Positions 55,260 through 64,000 of a stretch of DNA of 64,000 bases are shown here, in pieces (the first letter of the stretch is position 1; each line of letters starts with the position of its first letter). Location: assembly GCF_036321535.1 (NCBI RefSeq), contig NC_087436.1, positions 101,930,001-101,994,000 on the forward strand, written 5' to 3'. Both the position numbers and the translations under genes were made by a program. Source of the DNA: Camelus dromedarius. Its lineage: Eukaryota. Under the pieces are notes generated by a model. It was not told where the DNA came from. It searched no databases and was given only the letters and a program-made list of their open reading frames with translations.

Positions 55260-56030
55260 CCAAGTCTGCTGTACTGTATAATCAACACTGCCCTACCCTA
55301 CCACCTACTCTTAGAAACCTTGCTGCCGGCAAAATGATTAACTTACCTCAAAAGTTTAGGATTCATAGGCCACATCTCAGAAAGGTGGATTAGAGTAAGG
55401 CATTTGCTTAAATCTCTAAAGTTAAAAAGTGACTTGGATGATAAAGCTCAGGAAGGTAGATCTTTATAACAACTCAAGGGACTTTGGTCTTGGTGAGTAG
55501 ACTTTTATAATTGTGTTATTATTAAAATCAGAATATTTATAAATTGTTATTAATATTTTGTGATTATATGGAGTTAGATATATATTCAATATACTGGGAG
55601 GAAAAAAAACCTCAAGTTCCACAGAGACAGTTATTATCACGGAGGAAAGAAACAAATTCAAAAACGAACCCATTTAATATCTAAGATAAAGTCTATGAAA
55701 GAAAAAAATTTAAATTCCATATTAGGCTGTATTAGTTGTCCCACTTCTGCAATGAACACAATGATCCCAAGGCTATATTCTGTCTTTTGAAGCCACAATA
55801 GTCATTGAAAGAAGAAGTGAAACTATTTTTGAGTGTCTAAAGGTAGTAGACTTAATGTCTACCCCACTGGATGGCCTTGAGGCAGCTTTTGGCTGAACAC
55901 TTCAAAGCAAAAGCTTCTGATTTCAATCCAAAGAAGATTTCTTTCTCTAAAGGAAATATGAGAAATAATTCAACCTAATATGTGTATCTAAAACCAACAA
56001 ATGGGAAAATGCCAGTTAAGAATACCACTG

Positions 56031-57464
56031 AATTAATATTGTTAAGATGGTTATACTAATCAAAGCAATCTGCAGATTCAAAGCAATCCTTCTAAAAAAT
56101 ATTCCAGTGGAATTTCCCCCAAAAATAGAAATAACAATGCTAAAATTGGTATCACACAGCAAAGATCCCAAATGGCCAAAGAAATCTTGAGAAAGAATAA
56201 CAAAGCTAGATGTATCACACTTCCTGATTTTAAAATGTATTAAAAAATTATAGTAACCAAAACACTATGGTACTGGCACAAAAACATTCACATAGATCAA
56301 TGGAACAGAATTAAGAGGCCAGAAATGAACTCATGCATACATGGTCAACTAAATTTTGACTAAAGAGCCAAGACTATACAATGGGTAGAGAGTACTGTCT
56401 TCAACAAATGGTATTGAGAGAACTGTATGGCCACATGTAGAAGAATAAAATTGGACCTCTATCTGACACCATACACAAAAATCAACTCAGAATGGGATAA
56501 AGATAAATTTAAGACTTGAAATTGTTAAAGTCCTAAAAGAAAACAGGGAAAGAACTTCTTGATACTGGTTTTGGAAACAATTTTTTTTTTGGCTTTGACA
56601 ACAAAAGCAAAAATATAAATAGTATTGCCTAAAAATAAAAAGTTTCTGTAGCCAAGGAAACAATAATATAAATCAATAAAATAAAAAGGCAATCTACAGA
56701 ATAAAAATATATATTTTCAGATCCTGTATCTGTAAGAGGCTAATATTAAAAAGAAATAAAGAACTCACACAACTCAATAGCAAAACAGTCAAACCATTTG
56801 ATTTCAAAAACTGAACAGAGAATGTGAATAGATATTTTTCCCAAAGTCAGGGAAATAAAATAGATACATGAAAAGTGCTCAACTTCACTAATCATCAGGG
56901 AAATTAAAATTCATATCACAATGAGATATTGCCTCATATCTCTTAGAATAGCTATCATCACAAAGGAAGGTAAAAAAGGTGATGAGTACATTGGTGTGCA
57001 TGGGATGAAGGAATCCTGTACGCTGCTGATGGGAATGTAAATTTGTGCAGCCAGTGTGGAAAACAGCATGGAGGTTCCTCAGAAAACTGAAAACAGGACT
57101 ACCATATGACCCAGCAATTACACCTCTGGGTATATATCCAAAGGAAATGAAAACAGGGTATCAGTGAGATATCTGGACTTCAATGTTCATTGCAGAATTA
57201 TTCACAATAGCCAGGATATGGAAACAACCTAAGTGACCATCAATGAATGAATGGATAAAGAATATGTGAGATACAGTTATATATGTGCATAAATATACTA
57301 TTTACATATCCAGATACACACATATCCACATGGAATGGATAAATAAACAAAAATCTATTTACTTATTTATTTCCATTCATATATATATGTATATATATAT
57401 GTGTGTGTGTATACATATCTGTGTGTGTATGTATGTGTGTGTATATATAGATACAGATATAGAT

Positions 57465-57503
<39 letters not shown>

Positions 57504-57996
57504 TAATTCAGCCATAAGAAAGGACATGCTGACATTTAGAATAGATAAACTTTTGACTAAGCGAAATAAGCCAGACAGAGTGAGACAAATATTGCATGAT
57601 ATCACATATAAGTAGAATCAAAAGGAAAAAAAAGCTCTAACTTAACAGAAATAGGGAGTCAGAACGTGGTTGTTAGGAGCTGGAATGGGAGAAACAGGAA
57701 AAGACTGGTTTTAAAAGGGCATCAGCTTTTGGCTGTAAGATGAATATAATCTAAGGACCTAATGTATGACTTGATGACTATAGTTGATAGCACTGTATTA
57801 TATAATTGAAATCTGTTAGGAGTAGAACTTAAATGTTCTCCCACACACAGAAAAGATAAATATGCGAGGTGATGGATGCGTTAATTAGATGGAAGGGATT
57901 CTTTCATAATGTATATCAAACCATCACAGTTTATACTTTAAATATCTTACAGTTTTATTTGTAAATTTTACCTTAATGAAACCAGAAAAAAGAAAA
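56031..57996 (+). mobile_element. Older 5'-truncated LINE-1 (L1MA-like): ORF2 3' part and 3'UTR
   Basis: Decayed ORF2 colinear with the L1 at 26052-27430, and an A-rich tail. TSD AAGAAT(A/G)CCACTG at 56018-56030 and 57997-58009, preceded by TT as expected for an L1 endonuclease site. Confidence 0.92.
57377..57505. repeat. Compound (TA)/(TG)/(AGAT)9 microsatellite within L1
   Basis: Directly visible. Perfect AGAT x9 at 57467-57502. Confidence 0.92.
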
Positions 57997-59589
57997 AAGA
58001 ATGCCACTGCCGACTAAGGAAACACTATCCATCATAACCAAGTACAAGGCTGTGCAGCTGACTCTACTTGCAGTTACCAGATGTCTGAAAGTACATGTTG
58101 CCTTAGATAAACAATATTCCTCCACAGTAAAAGCATCATTAGAGGGTCTTTGCAATAAATTCAGTCTTCCCACCTCAAAAGAAAAGTCTGAGCATGCTCC
58201 CACACTCAACTACAATTATCTGAATTTCCAAAGATTCTAAATACCATAGCTCCCTCTCCTTTAAAATAATTACCTAGTGTGTAATTATGGTTCATATACA
58301 AGTATTTAAAAGAAAAAAAATAGCCTTACCTAAATATATGTATGATTGGACTTCTAGGACGCTTCAAAATTTTTAATTTATAGATTTTCTACTCTTGGAA
58401 ATGTGTTCTTAGCATAAAATCCCAAAATATTTAAAACAAGGTCAAATAATATTATTAGACTTATGCCCACTATCACATTTCACTTTTAAATAAATGCTTC
58501 CCAAATGTTTATTAATACCAACAAGATATGGAAATGTTAATCAGAATCATATTAACACTGGGTATTTTTAAAGTCTCTGGCTTTTGTTTTTAAATTACAA
58601 AATCAATAAAAGATTTATTTTATTTACAATAATAAAACTGTATAACATTTTAATATCAACAAATGCTCCAAAACACAATGGAAAAAATAAGTATGACCCA
58701 ATTCTGTTTGCATGTACAGCCTTTTGATATAAGCTATATCTTCACAGTAGGAAAGACTAGAAAGTAAGATTATACATAATGTCATTACACTACCTGCATC
58801 AAGTACAGAAATAATAGATATATATGTAGATATGTATGTTTTTATAATATACTTATGTTTTTCATGCAAACTTTATTCCAATTCATTTGAAAATCCAAAT
58901 GCATGAATTCCCAAATCCTCAGGAATCTCAAGAAATGATTATATTGAAATTTTTGATTAATTAAGCAATTCTGGAAAATTCTACCAAATACGGAGGAATA
59001 GCAGAGAGAAAAATATATTGGTGTTTGGTATCATATATAAACACCAATATACATTTCTAAGTATATATAAAAGTAAACATTTATATGTATATATAATACA
59101 ATTATACAGGAATATAGTATTTATATACTATTTAATATTTATATTCATAGTCATATTTATATGTTAAAACCCATAAGTAACAATATTATCTCTGAAAGAT
59201 ATAGAACATAGTACTAGATAAAGATCTTTTCAACATGTTGGAAAGGATGTTATCCAAAGAAAGCACTAGGATAAGACAGTTTTTATCTCAGTTCTACAGC
59301 ACCTAATAGTATGAGCTAATTCTCATATTATTTAAACTGTGCCAAAGTCAATGTATTTTATTTGATATTGTTGATTTATTGTATCTGATAAAAATATTCT
59401 CACACAAATTTTAAGAGACACAGTACTGTGCTATAGAAAAGTCTCCAAAATACATAAATCCTAATTAAACTTACTTTAATTGGTTTTGGATTTCTTCTAT
59501 TTGGAATGAAGGAAAGTTTGAGATAAGAACATGAAATATTATGAGCATGTCAATCATCCTCCTTATCATCATAGCACCTCTTACATAGC

Positions 59590-59780
59590 TCTTACTCCAT
59601 GCCAGACACTGTCCTATGTGCTTTATATGCATTAACTCACCTAATCCTCATAGAAATCCTATAAGATAGCTAAGAGTTTTATACCTGTTTATAATTTAGA
59701 TAATAGCTCTTAGAAAGGGTATATAATTTCCCCAAGGTCATACAACTTTTAAGAGGTCAAACCAGGTTGCAAACCCTGTT
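59590..59780 (-). mobile_element. MIR SINE
   Basis: ATGCCAGACACTGTCCTATGTGCTTTATATGCATTAACTCACCTAATCCTCA...TTCCCAAGGTCATACAACT. Confidence 0.75.
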
Positions 59781-59929
59781 AATAGCTATGAGGAAGGAAT
59801 TTCTAAACCCACCCTTGGTTAAAACAAAACAAAACAACAGCCAACAACAAAATAAAGCTAAGAAAAATGGGTATACACATGTTTATTTATTTACTGATTT
59901 TTCTGGAAGCCCTACCCAATACTTTCAAA

Positions 59930-60525
59930 AAGGAAAAAAAATCTAACATAAATCAGGAACTTCTACAACTCAATAGCCAAAACAAAACAAAACAAAATGA
60001 AATAACCCGATTTAAAAATGGGCAAAGGAACTAAATAAACATTTGTATGTTTCTACAAATGGCCTACAGGTATACCAGAATGTGTTCAACATCACTAATC
60101 ATCAGGGAAATGCAAGTCAAAACCCTAATGAGCTATCACCTTCCAACTAAATGAAACCTAAATGCTCATGGATGAATGAAAGGATGAAAAGAGTGTGGTA
60201 TAAACATACAGTGGACTATTACCAGCCCTAAAAACAAAAAAGGAAATACCGCCATTTGCTCCAACAGGGATGAAACTGGAGGAAGTTAGGCTAAATCAGA
60301 TAAGCCAGGATGAAGTACTGCATGATGCCACTTATAAAATGAGTGAAAAAATAGTCAAACTCATAAAAGCAGAGAGTGGAATGGTGATTGCCAAGGGCTT
60401 GGCGGAGGAAGACAGGAAGGTGTTAGTCAAAAGATACAAAGTTTCGGTTATACAGGATGACTAACTCTTGGAAATTTACTGTACAGAATAGTGACTATAG
60501 TTAAAAAACTATATTATATACTTAC
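59930..60525 (+). mobile_element. Older LINE-1 3' fragment with an internal deletion
   Basis: AAAAATGGGCAAAGGAACTAAATAAACATTT, CATCACTAATCATCAGGGAAATGCAAGTCAAAACC, then a jump to the ORF2 terminus and 3'UTR. Confidence 0.8.
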
Positions 60526-61339
60526 ATAAAAGCCAACAGATAAAGTTCTCATTTGATGGGCTATTTAAAAGGGCGCAAGTGGTTTAATCAATTACAGTTC
60601 TCCCTTATAACCAAGAAATCAATGTTTCTCATTTCAATTAGCGGGAAAAAACTAAAATGCTTGTACGTAATATTTTAATTTAATGCTAACGCAGTTATAA
60701 TTACTGGAAGCGAGACAAGGCAAGTAAGAGCAAGGTGGCACTTCCCTTCAGGTCTTCTGGTATTTTCATATGCTTAAAATAATTTTTGAGGATTCCACTA
60801 TATAAACCACTCCCTGAGGTTATCACAGTCTCCTATCCATGAGATATATTCAACCTTGATTTGCTATTTTTTTTTCTCACGATGCTTCTGGTACAATTTT
60901 TTGCAGAGAAAATGTCATTGTTTTACTGAATGACCCACCAAATATCTGTTGACCTTGTCAAATGGCAGTTCTCCTCTTTTACTTTTTACCATGGCTTTGT
61001 CTAAGTTTTGGATAAGAGACAGCTATTTTTTTTTACTATAATAAAGACAAACCTAGCTCTTAACTCATTGCATTATGAAGTGATAATATCTAATAATAAT
61101 TAAGTTACTGAGCATTGGCTGTTACCTAAGTACTATGTTATACATTAATTCTTTAATATTCAAGAAAAATCTTATTAATTTTTATTATTATTTAATGGAG
61201 AAGTATCAGAACTAAATCCAAGAATGAATATTGCTTTTATGATTGTAATTCTAAATCTAGTGAGAGAGTTATGGTTTTGCTCTTTATTCTGTTTATTAGT
61301 ATATGATGATGATAATTGGGTTTTAATTCTAGTAATATT

Positions 61340-62780
61340 TACATAGCACAAGATTTGCACAAAATAAAATTTACTTACAGTTAGGTGCACAGATTTTAAC
61401 TGTGAGTTTGTTGAGTTTTAACAAATATATACAGCCAGGTGACCATTGACCCAATCAAAATATAAACTATTTTCACCATATCAGAAAGTTCTTTATGCTT
61501 CTATCTAGTCAAACTCCATTTAAGCTCAGGAGACACACTTTTCTGATATCTATCTCCATAATTAGAAGCAATAAAAATTATATCACATAGTATGTGCTTA
61601 TTTGTATTCATCCATGTTGTGCATAAAGTATTTGTACTTGTTTTTTTTAGTAGCCCATTTTTGAATATGCTAAAATGTGTTTACTTACATTTTGCGGGTA
61701 GACATTTGAACTGATTCCAGTTTGGGACTGAATAAAAACTGCTATGAACATTTGTGCAAAGTCTTTGTGTGGACATATGTTTAATTTTGGATAAATACCT
61801 AAAATTGGGATTGCTAGATAATATGTTATGTTTAACTTTACAAGGAATCTCATATCCTTTTCGAAAGTTGTTATATAATTTAATACTCCCACAAGCAATA
61901 TGTCATTTCAGTTATTCCATATCCTCACTGACATTTGGGATATTCATTGTTTTTAATTTTAGACATCTGAGTTTATTTAAGAGGTGGCACTTTGTGGTTT
62001 TAACTTGCATTTTCCTCGTGATCAACGATGATGTACATCTTTTAACATACCTCTTGGTTGTTTCTATATTTTTAATTATGAACATCCTTTTAAAGACTTT
62101 TGTTTTTCTTAAGACAGATTATTTTAAAAATTATTACTGATATTTAAGAGTTCTTTACATATTCTGGATACAAGTTGTTTGTCAGTTAAATTTGTTGTAT
62201 TTTCTCCAAATATATAATTTGGATTTTCATTTTCTTTCAAGTTTTTCTCTTTTTTTAAAGGTTGAGGTATAATAGACAAATAAAATTGGAATATATTTAA
62301 AGTATACAACATTATTATTTGGTTTATAGGTACATTATAAAGAGATTCCCACAATAAAGTTAATTAATATATCCAACACCTCACATAGCTATTTTTTCCC
62401 TCTCTCTCTGTTTTTTTGTTTGTTTGTTTGTTTTTTTTGGTGAGAACACTTAAGATCTGCTCTTAGAAGATTTCAGAACAGCACTATCATTTCATCAAAA
62501 ATAACTTTTGAAATCAAAATTTCTAATTTTGATGAAGTTTGAATATATCATTTTTCCCTGTGATGAGTATTTTGTCCAATTTGAGACAACTTTGCCTAAT
62601 CCAAAGCAGTGAAGATTTACTTCTATTTTTCTTTCCATAGAGGTATTGTAGTTTCAGCCCCAACACTTGGGTCTTTGATTCATCTTCATTTGACTTTGGC
62701 ATATGGTATAAAGTAGTGGTCAAAGTTTATCTTTCGTTGTTGTTCTATACATCTCCAGTCATTCTGATAGGATTCCTTAG
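61340..62780 (-). mobile_element. Old LINE-1 (L1MD/ME-like) with a younger L1 3' end nested at about 62243-62490
   Basis: ORF 61647..61898 'AIPILGIYPK...AQMFIA' is decayed ORF2 C-terminus. The nested piece has GGTGAGAACACTTAAGATCT, typical of L1MA 3'UTRs. Confidence 0.78.
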
Positions 62781-64000
62781 TCAAAAAACAGTTAGCCATT
62801 AAAAAAATCAATTATTTTGTGTATTATCTTAGAATATAAGATTCAAATACATAAATAAATAATAAAAATGCTCAGACAAGGACCAAGGTTAAATTGTTTT
62901 TACTAGTATTTTAACTACCTGCAATATGACCTATAAACTTGAGATGCATCTTAGCCATAAAATTTGTTTTTTTTGGCAGTAGTGCTAGTCCATTAACTAT
63001 GCCTGATCATCGTCATTATAATTATCAATTACATGATAGTCTTTTTTTGAATTCTTGCACCTCTAATAATTTCCTCTTGATCATCTGTATTGCCAAAAAA
63101 ACTAAATATGGAGAATGTAATTCTTACAAATTCCTATAAATGTATGCAGGTGGGATACAATTAAGAAATGATCCAAATTTGGATCTCAAGTTGGAAAAAA
63201 TACTTTTAGAAAGTAACAGATAATTGAAGGGAAGATAACATTAAAAAGTCAATAAAAAGCAAATAATAAAGAAGTTTCTTTTCCCCTGATTCAACTAGTG
63301 AGGTGTTTCAATTCTGCTCTTTTCTTTTTTCAGAATAAAACCAAAATTCCATGCATATGGTCTGTTGGTGTAGCACCTTCAGAAATGTTTAACATTTGGA
63401 CATTTTTGTTCATACTTAAAAAAGTCCGTCAAACATTTTGCATGTAGGATTTGGCCTGGTGCCATTTAAGGAAAGCTTAAAAAACTTTTAATTGCTGCAT
63501 TCAAATTTTGGATGCCACATTAGTGTCAATGTAATGGGAAGCAGAGCTGATGATCCTCTTATCTAAACAAGGGCATGAGATCCATCCAGGGGATGTGACA
63601 GATCACTGGTTAGCAAATGTTCTACCAGCCAGGATATTTTAGCACATGACACAGTATTGTCTGACTAATTATGGGATAGCTCAAAGTAGAGGTTTGTGCT
63701 GATAATCAGGAACCAGAGTCAGTGGAAAGCTAATTGTAGGGTCAGGATTGAACATTTAGAGGTGGTAGCTGTGTCCTGATTTATTAACTCATACAAGACC
63801 ACAGTGAGAAAGGATCAATCATGCTATTTAGCAGATAAATTACATCCTTAATTTTGCAAAGGGAAGAAAGAACAGTCTTTGTGTACGTTATAAACAGACA
63901 AACCTGATTTATTCTGCTGAACCACAAATGAAATAATAACTTTAATTTTGCATTTTAGAACAAACTATATGGTACAGAATGAAAGTATAATCTTTTCAAA

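Noticed and set aside
1..64000. CRISPR arrays, operons, NUMTs, non-retroviral endogenous viral elements, processed pseudogenes
   Set aside because: No repeat-spacer arrays and no recognisable mitochondrial, viral or cellular protein motifs were seen. Highly decayed examples cannot be excluded without a translated search.

Overview
AT-rich, CpG-depleted mammalian non-coding DNA (gene desert or large intron). A tRNA-derived SINE at 28277-28393 resembles the camelid vic-1 family, so the source is probably a camelid (alpaca, llama or camel). I find no supportable host protein-coding exon, RNA gene or CRISPR array. The only recognisable coding sequence is LINE-1: a fairly young, 5'-truncated, frameshifted L1 at 25721-28014 with RT and C-terminal domains, plus older copies. 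Other content is MaLR/ERVL solo LTRs, L2, MIR, CR1/L3 and hAT relics, and microsatellites. The most interesting observations are: (1) a probable LF-SINE copy at about 28905-29251, from an ancient family whose mammalian survivors are often exapted; (2) an L1 at 255-1314 in which the ORF1 end and spacer are joined directly to the ORF2 C-terminus at an AG, suggesting a spliced or internally deleted L1; (3) a candidate short 3' transduction in an L1 nested in an MLT1A LTR; (4) several CpG-retaining, motif-dense patches that may be enhancers. Repeat family names come from recalled consensus sequences, not a search, and boundaries of old repeats are approximate.
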